DNA of 62,578 bases, counting the filler, from Globobulimina sp. (taxonomy: Eukaryota), in NCBI GenBank assembly GCA_003354225.1. It is 40 parts of 40 records of this genome, joined end to end, with 100 filler letters (N's around TTAATTAATTAA, not from the genome) between each part and the next. Parts side by side here need not be neighbours in the genome. Positions count along the whole stretch, not along the records: positions 10,977 to 12,444 come from PIVH01016205.1; positions 12,545 to 14,012 come from PIVH01016206.1; positions 14,113 to 15,580 come from PIVH01016207.1; positions 15,681 to 17,148 come from PIVH01016208.1; positions 17,249 to 18,716 come from PIVH01016209.1; positions 18,817 to 20,284 come from PIVH01016210.1; positions 20,385 to 21,851 come from PIVH01016211.1; positions 21,952 to 23,418 come from PIVH01016212.1; 32 more parts are not named here. One strand, given 5' to 3'. Positions 11,024 to 23,518 of this stretch are shown piece after piece. The stretch's first letter is position 1. Each line of letters begins with the position of its first letter. The position numbers and the translations under genes are program-made. Under the pieces are notes generated by a model. The model was given only the letters and a program-made list of their open reading frames with translations. It searched no databases and had not been told where the DNA came from.

Positions 11024-12372
11024 TTATCCGTACGTACTAGCTTCCAGCAAGACTAAAACTTTTGATTTTTCTGTAATGTTAAGCAAATCTCCATAATTTC
11101 CTGATGCAGATCTTTTTTCATGATCATAAATTACGTTGTACCATTCATCAGCATCCATCGTTTGACTGCATGCAAATGTATATCCAACACAGTATTCAAC
11201 AATCATTTCTTTCATCCACTTAATATCTTTACTAATATCCATAGTCTCCACAATATATTCATCTATTCTGTCCCCAACAATATTCCACCATAATATTTGA
11301 TGAATTAATTCCCAGCATCCTTTTGCATTGAAGCCATGAACATAACTTCGGTACCGGTTACAATAAGTGGACAATACAGAATGAACCAGTGTAGTTTCGT
11401 ATTTCCAACAATATCTATATTTAATTTCACTTTTAATTCGTTGCAAATACAACCAACTGACCACTATCAATAATATTAAATGTAAAAAATCTCGAATGAC
11501 CCATGTTGATATTAGGACCACCGGCAATCTATTTATATTATAAAAATCATTGGATGTGAATTGAATAAATGTCCAAAATAAGGTAGATTCCGCTACAAAT
11601 ACAGCTATTAACACAAAAATATATTGCAATGCATAGGAATTATATCCAAGAAATGGTGCCTGATTATAATATGTATCAAAACATGGTTCACAAAAATATT
11701 TATTCCATATAGTATTAAGTTTATTTTTTAATGCTCGATTCATGACATAATTGTCAGTGTATTTATTTAACGCAACAATATCCACTAAAGCATTGACAAA
11801 AAACTTCCGAATCTCTTTTTCTTGCAACGAATTTAAATGATGCATTGTAATATATATAAACACCGTAAATAGCTTGGATTATGCCATAATAAATTTGTTT
11901 TTGGCAGCAATAATAAGAATTGTTCAAATGCATTATTTATATCTCTCATAATTACAACACTGTGTTTGTTGTCACCAATGTAAGGAATTTGTAACATTTT
12001 ATTTTTTGCACGTTTTTCAAATTCACGTATAATAATTGGTAGGCCGAGTAATGGTGATAAAGCAAATAAAATCGCAGCAATACATGCTTCAAACATTGAT
12101 AAAAGCAAAATAGAGCACCTACAGTCAAAATGGCTGTAATCAATTACAACAGAATTAAACGTTAGAAATGAAAGCAATGCTATCATATAATAAGCACATA
12201 TGGATGGAAAGCCGGTCAGTAATAAATAAAAACCAAACAATGGTTTTGTGCTATAAATATTAGTAATTATTACATCAACTAAACCAATGATAACCCAAAT
12301 CACCAAAGATGTAGTAATAAGTTTCGTGACCTGCATGTGCATATTGATCATAATTTTTATTATTACCAACAA
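11024..12372 (-). pseudogene. Multi-pass membrane protein split by a 2-nt frameshift in an (AT)n run
   Basis: Two hydrophobic ORFs overlap at 11833-11863. Removing one AT unit at ~11850-11858 gives a continuous RCLYITMHH reading. Confidence 0.55.
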
Positions 12373-12544
12373 TCAATAAATAAATAGAAAAAAAGTTAAC
12401 GAGGTTCAGAGCTAGAATCATTTTTTGAGAGAAAAGTACTGCAGNNNNNNNNNNNNNNNNNNNNNNNNNNNNNNNNNNNNNNNNNNNNTTAATTAATTAA
12501 NNNNNNNNNNNNNNNNNNNNNNNNNNNNNNNNNNNNNNNNNNNN

Positions 12545-13209
12545 AACCATACAGAAACTCTTTCACTTTGTTTGACAACATACCCACTTAAATCAACATC
12601 CTCCGTATCATTCATTTTGCCCACCATTATCACAAACACTGTGGATGTTAATTTATAATTCCATTTGTCTTTCTCCTTTGCACTGTGCACTTCAAAAACA
12701 TGTGTTGATGACCAACTCCCTTTCACTTTAATCAAACCATCAATAACAACCTCTTTCCAAATACAAAAACAAACACCAAATGTACATGTTCCATTATTGA
12801 TATCCCAACAATAAACTGAAGAAACGGCATCCTCATGATCAAAATATTGATTTTTATAAGCTTCAAACACTACATTTGATTCAATTTCGAGCGCTCTTAT
12901 TTCCTTTGAGGGCTTAAATCCATCCTCATCATCTTCAATAGCTGGAACATATTGGTTACTCCATGGCGATCGAAATGAATCACCGTCGCGATTGTAATCA
13001 CATAAAACAAATATCTGCCCGGTGGTGGGATCTTTATCAGTTTGAAATGGAAGATCCACTCTTTGGCATAATTCTTCCTCTAAGTCAGGTCGAAGTGCAA
13101 TGATTCGTTCTAAATTATCTTGCATATCAGAGGGTGGTGCCCTGCTTAAGATATTCAAACAATGAAGAATTTTCGGTTGGGTGCCATGATGATCGATCAC
13201 ATTTTGCAT
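12545..13209 (-). CDS. CAPZB: F-actin capping protein beta subunit, divergent (3' partial)
   Basis: QRVDLP, FVLCDYNRDGDSFRSPWSNQY, RALEIESN..FEAYKNQYF, VSSVYCWD, GSWSSTHVFEV, YKLTSTV, DLSG. Confidence 0.92.
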
Positions 13210-13496
13210 ACATTATAATTACAGGGATAACTACGTTCAATGAATACATGAGGTTAGTTGTCAATGATAATCGTATCCAATGTTGGATTATTACATGACG
13301 CTGTGCAACCACTTGTGCTTCGTCCATATACCACCATTGGAATGAATTTTCTTCGATTAAATGATGTAATTTTACAACTGAAAGCCAATTCATTTTTTCA
13401 ACGAGTTAATTCCATATATATATATATATCCATGCGAAAAATCAAAAATACAAATTGATAAACTGTGAGGTTTTCTAGTCACAAAATAATGTAATC

Positions 13497-14012
13497 ATGG
13501 TCTCGTTTTTCATTTTATGCATGTTTATAAAAGCTATGGGTGCTCAAAGTTCAGTCTATATGTAGCATAACATGGTATATGATCAAACACATAATAATAA
13601 TATTTAGATACTAGCATATGTGTCTGGGGAATAACTGTGCCGTCTCCCTCAAATCCCAAAATAAATGGTGAATATTTATATTCTGGAATACATAATAACT
13701 ATCCATATTACACTATGGCAGTCTATACAACATGTTCCGATACTGGTGAATTTGTTCTATATTATAGTGCTTTTTGGGATCAATGGTGGATTACAAAGGA
13801 ATTAGATTCGATTGTAGTTCTTGAAGAATGTGACTCTCCATCCCCTAATGACCCATTAACCACTGGTGGCTGTCAGAATAAATGGATTGATGCAAATATG
13901 CAAGTCACATATGGTTCATGTCCAGAATGGGATTGCGATGAGATCACAACGTCATGGCCAAATACTCACAATTGTGGAGCCACTTTTGATATCCATGTTG
14001 CACCCAATGTAT
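13497..14012 (+). CDS. Secreted Cys/Trp-rich protein (3' partial, one short intron)
   Basis: Hydrophobic MVSFFILCMF start, a short GT-AG gap, then a Cys-rich ORF (INGEY.Y.G..N.YPYY). Confidence 0.5.
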
Positions 14013-14112
14013 NNNNNNNNNNNNNNNNNNNNNNNNNNNNNNNNNNNNNNNNNNNNTTAATTAATTAANNNNNNNNNNNNNNNNNNNNNNNNNNNNNNNN
14101 NNNNNNNNNNNN

Positions 14113-15580
14113 CAAAATCAAGTTCTAATCCAATCATTTGACCAACAGACGAAATTGCTGACATATCATGTTTCTTACTGTCACCCAAAAACACATCACC
14201 TTTAAATTTCCAATGATACCCAGGATTTGTTTTTCCACCTAACCACCATGCTGACTCTGTATTCCATCGTTGTTTGGTTATTACTCCAAATCCATATATC
14301 TTATATTGACCAATGTTCACACCACTAAGTTGATCCACGCTCACATATAATTTCAACACCTGTCCATTATGAGCTTTCTTGGATAGCCATGGATTCATCC
14401 GAACAATATCAATGCTTCCAAAATTTCTTGCTTTTTGTAATGTATTCCCATTATTTGATACATCGTACCAACACTTATAATTTCTATGAGGTGATATTTC
14501 CGCCACCCATTTCCATTTAATTCCGTCAGATGTTTTAAAGGAAATTTTGTGTGGTTTGAAATCTGTTCGTTGTTGGGATTGTTTCGGATCGCTTTGTAAC
14601 GATTTACTTTCAAATATCTTTAAAATCATATTATATTTGGACCGTGCTCTTAAATTCTTCTAACAATAAGCGTAATTTTGTTTATTTTTATCAAATTCAA
14701 TAAACTCTGAACCTAAAACTTCTTTTTCTTTTTCATCAAATTCGTTATTGACACACTCCACTTTGACAAATAATTTGCTGTCAATTCTTTTCTTTTCATT
14801 CTTTTTGGATAGTTTCGCATTCCATGATATCTATGATAACAAATATTTGTGTTTTTCTTTCAAAACTATATATTACAAAACTAACCGTCGCTGTTTTGGA
14901 TCCAATCGATTGGACTTTAACACCGCGAACAACCGGAAGAGGATGGCGTTCTTTGCCATAAATACAGCATAAAGACGAAAAAAACTGTATATTAAATCAA
15001 TACGTATATGCAATATAATATTATGTGACATATATTTGTTTCGTTGAACCTGCGAAGCAGATTCTTCATTGAATTCCAACCCAATCTGTGTATCAATGCC
15101 ATCATCGTTTGATATTTGTTGGTTAATAGCATCATTACACAACGCCAATATTTTTTGCTTCCGTTTGAATCGATCAATATTACAGTTTTGGATGAGTTGA
15201 TTGCATGAATTCAACACCGCGTCATATTTCATCTTTGTATCTTGCACACTTTGCGATTTTGCGACAATTTCCGATTTTTTCTGCTGAGAAATATTATATA
15301 ATGCATTGGTTACATTTTGTTTTTCGCGCTCTAAGCTAATAAATATATTTTTGAATTTCTTATCAATTTCATTCTTGCGGTTTGCAGTGTTTTCGTCGAG
15401 TTCGGTTTGATATTTTTTGAATTTATCAATCAATGATATTACAGTTTGTGTCTGTTGATTTAATTTATGCATCGCAACTTCTTCCTGGTCACTAATCAAA
15501 ACAGTGACCACTTTCACTTTTTGTGTATCATTACGCTGTGGTTTGTGCATCAAACGAACGGCCCGTTTAATTCTGATTTT
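14113..15580 (-). pseudogene. Coiled-coil + FN3-like + SPRY-like (TRIM-like) gene with an in-frame TAG
   Basis: Coiled-coil exon; two short GT-AG introns (~15049-14985, ~14885-14830) give V.VQSIGSKTATISW; TAG at 14660-14662; SPRY-like end (GQMIGLELDF). Confidence 0.55.
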
Positions 15581-15680
15581 NNNNNNNNNNNNNNNNNNNN
15601 NNNNNNNNNNNNNNNNNNNNNNNNTTAATTAATTAANNNNNNNNNNNNNNNNNNNNNNNNNNNNNNNNNNNNNNNNNNNN

Positions 15681-16198
15681 TTACGGGATTTAGTTTTGGT
15701 GAAAATACAGAGTGGGCAGAATATTATGCCTTTAAAAATTTATATGATAAATTGGTGATTAATCCAAATTGGATTGATTGGAAAACATTTAATGGACTTA
15801 TTAAAAAATATCAATTTACAAATTTAAGTAAAAAAAGAATTCGAATTGGCAGTTATGACAATTTATGGCTATATTTTTATGGTTTTAAACAATTTAAAAA
15901 TAGTTCACAATTTGAAAAAGCGAAATATTTTTATAATAAAAATGTTGCAGATGCAATTGGTAGAAAAAGACAATGGATAAATGCGCGAATTCAAAAACAA
16001 GTGATTTGGTTTAATGGTTTTTATTATTTATTTTGCGATGAAATTGAATCAAATGAAGATATTTATAATATGATTGTTATTGAAAATAAAGATTTAATAT
16101 TTATTTGGATGAAAAGTTATAATGCAAGAAAAGAATTTTTTCGTTTTGTTATTAAATATGGATTGTTAACAGCTTTAAATATATTGAAAATTAATTGA
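15681..16198 (+). CDS. Hypothetical protein, very AT-rich (5' partial)
   Basis: Open from the contig edge for about 170 codons despite extreme AT content. Confidence 0.5.
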
Positions 16199-16462
16199 AC
16201 ATCATTGATTACATGTTGATTTTTTTCTTTTTTTTTCTTTTTATGTGCGTGTATGGGTGGGTTTTTTATATAATATAAACATTATCAATTCGGGTATATT
16301 TACCATATATACGTGATTTTTTTTATCTGATTTAGGATGTATTGATCAAAGATGATGATTTAAGTGGTATATTTTATATATAGTCGTAGTTGCGAGTATT
16401 TACTTCATTGCGTTTAAATAGTTAAATATAAACCTCAATTCGAATTAGATGAGTGAGAGGAG

Positions 16463-17148
16463 TCAAGTATGGAGCTCTAGATCTACATATTGCGCGATAT
16501 CCAAATGTATCTTGTTAGGATTACGCCTTTCTAATTTATTGTTTAGATTTGTAAATATCGAATGTTTCCCTTTGATTGAATTGTTTTTTATTTCATATGG
16601 ACCAAATCTTTGATGCATGATCGGACCAAATCTTTTTATTTCGTGTTGATCGGCCCAATATACAATCCAGTCCCCATTTTCATCATCAACCACTTCATTG
16701 CCAATAATTCTAATTTTGGTGTTAAAAATCTTTGATTCGCCCTCAAGTGTTTCTAGAGAAATAGTTGGATTCTTCTCTTCATCTGTCATGTATCCACAAT
16801 TTGTAAATTTGCATCCCAAGATAGTTGCGCTAGTTCCTGACGCAGATATATACACTGCACAGTCGACATTCTCAAACTCACAGTGTGCTAAATATATGGA
16901 CGAGTTTACCCCCTCCATTATAATTCCATTATAATCCCCTGTAGTCATTTTACAATGTTCCATCCAAATGTTGCCGTTTTCTAATACACAGATTGCGCCA
17001 TAATGTTGAGAATCAAAACAAATGTTTTTGAAATATACATCATTTCTCACAAAAATACGATCATTAAATTGTTTAAAAATAACATTTTCTCCTAGTCCAA
17101 TAAATGATATTTTATTATATTCACCGAGTTCAGCATTAATTTAATATT
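16463..17148 (-). CDS. Right-handed beta-helix (pectin-lyase-like) protein (5' partial)
   Basis: Repeats IWMEHCKM, IYLAHCEFEN, ATILGCKFTNCG, IRIIGNE. Confidence 0.6.
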
Positions 17149-17948
17149 NNNNNNNNNNNNNNNNNNNNNNNNNNNNNNNNNNNNNNNNNNNNTTAATTAA
17201 TTAANNNNNNNNNNNNNNNNNNNNNNNNNNNNNNNNNNNNNNNNNNNNTCATTAATTGATATTGTAAGTTTGTAACGTGCGTAAGTAAAATATCGATATC
17301 ACATTCTTGTACAGTTGTATTTGTATGACTGGATCGTTACAGACTTACAGCTCTAATTTATTAACATTTTATTATTATTAACTGTTTCTGGGTTTGGGGT
17401 TTTATCTTTTTTTTTTCTTTTTTTAGGTTTCGGCCTGTTTTCTCGCATTTTGTATTTTTTCAATTTTCTCGCAGAACTACAGCTACGTACTAACGTACAT
17501 AAATAAGTAAAATAACATAATAATGATCAATGATGTTATTATCTGTACAATTTAATGATTTATTTTTTGTTTAAATTGGTATACAACATCATCGACCAAA
17601 AATTGTTTATTTTTGAAGAAACATGACAATTATTGTACGTGTTGCCTTTGTCGTCTATGAGGTGAGAACCTGTTCAATTAAACTTTAACGATGACATAAA
17701 AAAGATACCCCTCCCTCTGGTAGATATTTTGTATATGACCAGATGGAGGGTTGCAATATGTATACGATTACATTGGGTTGCAATATGTATACAAAGGGGG
17801 CGGGTTATCTAAGAAACTCATCGTTTACAGAGTACTTGTCGTCACATACACGAAAGACGGAAACGTAATATATAATGTAATGTAAAAATCACATTAACAA
17901 AAAAATGGTATCACAGCCACACTAAAAATATATATTATTCACACAATA

Positions 17949-18608
17949 TTAAAATGTCTGCGTGACAGCATCTTTTATCTTTTTCCTATCCAATGGACAC
18001 GAGGCATGTCTGCCTTTACCATTTTGCCATTTAAACCATTTATCAATGCATTTGGTATGAAATAAATGAAAACAAGGCAACTGACGTGTTTTGTCGCGAT
18101 TTTTCCAATCTGCCATACATATGGCACAGGTTTTATTTTCTTCAGATTTATGCAATAAGTTAACGTCATTTGCCTTCAATACTTTTATTGGCAATCTTTG
18201 CCACGAAAAATAATTTATTTGTGTTGGTACTCCAATCACATTCATTAAACGTTGGCCAATGAGAGCCATCAATGATGCATTTCTGTTTTGGCGCATATGC
18301 GTTTCTTCAATTTGTAATTCCAGAGCTAATTTTTCATCGCTCATAGCCATATATTCTTGTTGTAATTTTAAAGCAAATTCGAAATCTGGATCTGGATCGG
18401 TTTGCTCTTCCTTTATTGCAATTACTTCCTGCTTTAATTCATCATCATTACTTAAGACATTTTCATCGTCTTTTGAATCTAGATCGCGATCTAGCTCTTC
18501 ATTTTTATTTTGTTTTTTTTTTAGTTGCTGCACAAAATTTGAATATCTCCGTTTTAAAATATCAATGGCCTTATTATGTGACTGCTCTTTTCCAGCAATT
18601 TCCGCCAT
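17949..18608 (-). CDS. RING-H2 E3 ubiquitin ligase with MIU-like ubiquitin-binding motifs
   Basis: CAICMADW..RQLPCFHLFHTKCIDKWF..CPLDR; DFEFALKLQQE and DEKLALELQIEE. Confidence 0.88.
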   Translation of the reverse strand: MAEIAGKEQSHNKAIDILKRRYSNFVQQLKKKQNKNEELDRDLDSKDDENVLSNDDELKQEVIAIKEEQTDPDPDFEFALKLQQEYMAMSDEKLALELQIEETHMRQNRNASLMALIGQRLMNVIGVPTQINYFSWQRLPIKVLKANDVNLLHKSEENKTCAICMADWKNRDKTRQLPCFHLFHTKCIDKWFKWQNGKGRHASCPLDRKKIKDAVTQTF

Positions 18609-19220
18609 GGTTTAGCAACTAGCGAAAATCGTCACAATTGTTTTTTGCAAAATCATCAATAATCATGAGTGTCAAACGCAAATCAACGCCTTTTTTAATC
18701 AGTGCAGTTTTATTTTNNNNNNNNNNNNNNNNNNNNNNNNNNNNNNNNNNNNNNNNNNNNTTAATTAATTAANNNNNNNNNNNNNNNNNNNNNNNNNNNN
18801 NNNNNNNNNNNNNNNNTTTGTTGCTGGATTCTCCTGTTTGTACGTCTTTGAATTTGTATTTATGACTGTTTCTTGTTTTTTATCTGATATTAACAAGTCT
18901 GAGCTCGACATGTAAACGCGATTAATATTGTTCCTTTTTGTATTGCATGTTTTCCTACGTTTGAATGCTTCAATAAACACCTCTTCTGGACAAGGCAAAT
19001 GAATTAGACTATCTTCCATCCTATCACTACTAAGACTTACTGCAACTAAAAAAAAACATTTTAATATACAATATTCAAAATATAAACATTTTCATTTGCC
19101 ATCCAACTTGCGTTTAAAAATGGCAAATACACAAATTATAGTCATTCCATAAAAGAAACATTTAATAGCCAACATTACAAGATGAAAATAATCAAAGTTA
19201 AAGTGTTTGACTAGCTAAGC

Positions 19221-20284
19221 ATGTCAGCAACAGCAACAAGTCAACACTCCCAATTAAGTCAAGCAACAAATAGTGATTACATCAACAAAAGTGTCAATAC
19301 AACGCAAACTAGCATTCAATACAGAGATGAGTCTGAATTATGGGAACATGACAGTGATTTAAGCGAGTTTAGCGATGCCGACTCAATATCGACCATCGCC
19401 TCGTCCGCCGCAATGGCCACCACCTTCGACTACAGCTTAGAAGACGCCATCTCATATCTGGGATTAGGCAAATTCCAATGGTTTGTGATGAGCTTGGCCG
19501 GACTCGTTTGGTTTTCGGCAGCCATCCAATTGATGTGTACCTCCATTCTAATACTAAACCTTCGCAGCGCGCAATCCCTCACCAACTACGAAGAGGGCAT
19601 CCTGGCCTCTGTGCCCTTTCTAGGCGAAATATTTGGCGCATCCTTGTTGTCAATGTTCAGCGACAAATACGGACGCAAGAAAGCAATCTTTGTGGCTGCT
19701 TTGTGCCTCTCTTTTTTTGGCACATTGTCGGCCATTTCGTACGATTTTTATATGCTGATCGTGTGCCGCTTAATGACGGGCTGCGCTGTGGGCGGCTCGC
19801 TGAACTGCCTCTCTTTGGTGGCGGAGTTCATTCCGTCTGCGCACCGCGGCGAGATGACCTACGTCGAGGTTTCCTTCTGGTCCTTCGGCGCCATCTACGC
19901 CATTTCAATCGGTATGCTTTGTATATATCGCAAAATCGCAAAAATATAATATTGGATAACAAAGGGTGGTTGATCTGGTACGCGGGCCTGGATTGGAGAT
20001 GGTACTTAGCGGCTTGCGCTGCGCCGTCGTGGCTCTGCGTGGTGGCCACCTTTTTTGTGCCGGAGTCGGCGCGTTGGCTCCTCAACAATGGCGACTATGA
20101 GGAGGTGCGCACGCAGTTAGTTGGCATTGCAGAGTGGAATAATGTGGACATTGCCATTTTGAAGGGGAAACTGATTGAGATGGCAGCAGTGGACAATGAC
20201 AAGAAAGGTGCGGTGGGCGCACTGTTCAACAAACAACACCGGCAGACTTCGGCGCAGATATTGGCGACAACGTTTTGTGCCACG
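19221..20284 (+). CDS. MFS transporter, SV2/SVOP-like (3' partial)
   Basis: LGLGKFQW, motif A SDKYGRK, AEFIPSAHRG, WRWYL, VPESARWL; intron 19912-19964. Confidence 0.9.
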
Positions 20285-20432
20285 NNNNNNNNNNNNNNNN
20301 NNNNNNNNNNNNNNNNNNNNNNNNNNNNTTAATTAATTAANNNNNNNNNNNNNNNNNNNNNNNNNNNNNNNNNNNNNNNNNNNNTGCGCCATTTATGATA
20401 TTCCGTGTGTTGTAAAAATACCAGACTTAGTA

Positions 20433-20927
20433 ATGGAGGCATTAAATAATAAATTAATAAATTTGAATGATATTATAATTGCATTAGCAGTTATAATAAA
20501 AACCGGACTTATTCTAAAATGTATAACAATCTATGAATTGGATAAACAAATTAGAAATGAATTTAAATCATATGAATCCTCGAAATCGCCGAATGAGAAA
20601 CAAGTAAATGAGATAAAAAGATATCTGTCATTATTAATTGAATTAAGAGGAGGTATTGGCAGAGACAAAGACGGAGTGATAATATTAAGAGAATTATTGA
20701 GTTTACTAAACTACGGCAAACAAATCAAAAATTATGAGACCGTAAGTAGTATTTACCAAATTGAATATGACTCCGAAAATAAAAAAAACAAAGGACAAAG
20801 AAAGAACAACAATGATTTATCAAGTGTAGTTCCAGAGAAAGTCGTTGCACTAATTCTCAAGGGCGGTGGCCGGAGGGGGAAATTACTTCCTCTGCATTTT
20901 GCGAGAGATATGAGCAAGAGACCCTGA
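20433..20927 (+). CDS. Hypothetical ORF, possibly a transposon remnant
   Basis: 164-codon ORF immediately followed by GC-rich tandem repeats. Confidence 0.3.
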   Translation: MEALNNKLINLNDIIIALAVIIKTGLILKCITIYELDKQIRNEFKSYESSKSPNEKQVNEIKRYLSLLIELRGGIGRDKDGVIILRELLSLLNYGKQIKNYETVSSIYQIEYDSENKKNKGQRKNNNDLSSVVPEKVVALILKGGGRRGKLLPLHFARDMSKRP

Positions 20928-20972
20928 CGAAAGAGGCCCGGGTGAAAGAGGCCCGGGTGAAAGAGGCCAGGG
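20928..20972 (+). repeat. Three tandem copies of 15-bp GAAAGAGGCC(C/A)GGGT
   Basis: Directly visible. Confidence 0.9.
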
Positions 20973-21317
20973 TGCAAGAAATACGGTTACCAAGTCATCA
21001 TATTTTTCTGGTATACAAGTCTTTAAGTAATGGATTAAAATGCAACAAAACTAGAGGTTTGCTAAAACAGATGTTTCATATTTGTTTTGAGATTTTTCTG
21101 AACTCAAATTATGAAAATCTCTACGCAACTTTGTACATTTTATGGATAAAATTTTGTACATTAGTTATATGATATACTGGAGTTCGAAAAAATCTGTGGA
21201 CTGACATAAAAAATTAATTTTTATTAAAGCAAGAAAAACACACATGTCATTCAAAACAAATGTCTTATATATTTTTCTTTACTTCAATATATTACGTTTT
21301 CTGGAAACGCATTTTTT

Positions 21318-21851
21318 TTATTTAGTAGTCTGTGATGTCAAATCCCAAATTTCTTCCTCATCGATATCCATAATATCTGAATCACTTTTACCATTACATG
21401 TCATAACTACTTCATTCTCAAAGGTAAAGTTTTTTGATTTCTCTGTAGTTTTTTTTGCACGTTGTTGAACTAATAATTCATGAAAAAGTGATCGTACACG
21501 TTTTTGTTCTTCTTTTCTTAATCTGATGACAGACGATTTTTGCAAACGAGTTAAAAAGTCATATGCAAAGGGGTCAATTACTAAATCTTTTAATTTCTTT
21601 ACTCTGGATATGGCAACATATGCTAATCCTGGCGCCCATCTAGCATTTTCAAGATGAATCCAAACCTTGCTCAAGGTTTGGCCTTGGCTTTTATGTATAG
21701 TTATTCCCCATCCTAATTTCAAAGGTATTTGTTGTCTTGTAAATGTTTTACCTCTGCTACTAGTCCATTCACTGATTGTAGGTGTAATGGCAACACAACC
21801 TGGTATCTCAGGAATGCAACTTAGTCCTTCATATTTATCAAATTTCACAAT
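21318..21851 (-). CDS. Pif1-family helicase C-terminus, probably from a Helitron2/Helentron-type element (5' partial)
   Basis: RQQIPLKLGWGITIHKSQGQTL, GLAYVAISRV, terminal R..EE.R helix; no intron in this segment. Confidence 0.85.
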   Translation of the reverse strand: MVKFDKYEGLSCIPEIPGCVAITPTISEWTSSRGKTFTRQQIPLKLGWGITIHKSQGQTLSKVWIHLENARWAPGLAYVAISRVKKLKDLVIDPFAYDFLTRLQKSSVIRLRKEEQKRVRSLFHELLVQQRAKKTTEKSKNFTFENEVVMTCNGKSDSDIMDIDEEEIWDLTSQTTK

Positions 21852-21951
21852 NNNNNNNNNNNNNNNNNNNNNNNNNNNNNNNNNNNNNNNNNNNNTTAAT
21901 TAATTAANNNNNNNNNNNNNNNNNNNNNNNNNNNNNNNNNNNNNNNNNNNN

Positions 21952-22452
21952 GAATCCTAAGGGAAACTTCGCAGTCTAATATATATATTAGCTGTATAAT
22001 ATATAATATTAGTACTAATATGCGTACCTCTTATCGGGAACACTACTGTAGCCGTAATTGTCTGCAACAAATGTAAATGATGAACTTGTCTTTTTTACCC
22101 ATGATTTGGGAACAATTCCAATAACAAGTTTCCATGAATTGCATATTTTTGTTGGCTGTTCAGTCACTTTAAACTTCCAGAAATATTTCTCACCCTTTTT
22201 AATAATACTTTTGCCAAAAATTGTAGCCCATTCACCTCCACTAGACATACTTTTTTGTATTATTGTATTATCTTCGCGGTCCATCTCCATATCATGCATT
22301 TTACTCTTTGGATCAAATGCATCAAATTCATAATAATATACAATGCATAGTTGTACTATTTCTTTAACAAATACAATTGTAGATATATCACGATAATAAC
22401 CAGATACTAAATCCTTAATTTTGGGTTCAATTCTTGCTATAACAGAAAGCAT
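21952..22452 (-). CDS. LxxGYxR motif + SPRY/B30.2-like protein (3' partial)
   Basis: DLVSGYYR..VKEIVQLCIVYY followed by WATIFGKSII..GEKYFWKFKV..IGIV. Confidence 0.6.
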
Positions 22453-22513
22453 GATTGGCACTTAAAATTCTTAAAATGTCAACTTGCTAAAACGGTAAAA
22501 TAAGACTAAATTA

Positions 22514-23313
22514 ATGTTACGGTCTTTGAATTGCTTGTTTCTGAAACAGTATTCAAAGCCGGTATTATCATTAACTGTAACTCCATCATATTTAACGTCA
22601 TATCAACATATGAATAAAAGAAAAATAAAAGTTTACACCAAAACTGGTGACAAAGGAACCTCAGCAGTTAATAAAATAAAAATAAATCCATCATATCGAC
22701 ATATTGACCTATAATACAACAAAAATAAAAGTTATATAACCTTGAGCGCCGCTCAAAGGATGATCCAATATTTGAAGCGTTGGGTGACTCTGATGAACTA
22801 AACGCCGCTGTTGGCATAGCCAGAGAATATTGTGTCCAGTCAAATAATGGATTGGACCAAAAATTAAGTGAAATACAATCACGTTTAATAGATATTGGCT
22901 CAGCCATAGCAACCCCAATCTCCTCAGATAGGTCAAACCAAGCAAAGAAAAAACATGTTGAATTTGATGCAGACAATATCACAAATTTGGAATTATGGAT
23001 TGATGAATTGGATGAATCATTGCCTCCATTGAGACATTTCATTTTGCCCTCCGGTGGCTTATCATCATCGCATTTACATTTAGCAAGAACTATTTGCAGG
23101 AGATGTGAAAGACATATCATACCATTGAAAAATAACAATGATATAACGGACTCTGTGTCGATTTATTTGAATCGATTGTCGGATTTCTTATTCGTTGCTG
23201 CGAGATATGCAGCGCAACATGATAAAAAATCGGAAATTGTATATCAGAAAGAGCGGAAAAACATAAATAAGAAAACGGAGGATCCAAACGAGAATAAAGA
23301 CCAAGTTGACTGA
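22514..23313 (+). CDS. MMAB: ATP:cob(I)alamin adenosyltransferase (PduO/MMAB type), mitochondrial
   Basis: KVYTKTGDKGTSA|LYN across intron 22667-22731, EALGDSDELNA, FILPSGG, HLARTICRRCER, YLNRLSDFLFVAARY; presequence-like N-terminus. Confidence 0.95.
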
Positions 23314-23518
23314 AAATTAACTTTGTCAATGAAAAGTTGGGGGAAATACATTTGAATAGGAGTGAACTGAAACAGGCTCAATCAGCCTATCAGGCCTCGT
23401 TAAAAATCCGTGAGCAAANNNNNNNNNNNNNNNNNNNNNNNNNNNNNNNNNNNNNNNNNNNNTTAATTAATTAANNNNNNNNNNNNNNNNNNNNNNNNNN
23501 NNNNNNNNNNNNNNNNNN

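Noticed and set aside
19478-19963. Apparent overlapping second protein in the MFS gene
   Set aside because: Explained by intron 19912-19964; only the part after it is coding in that frame.
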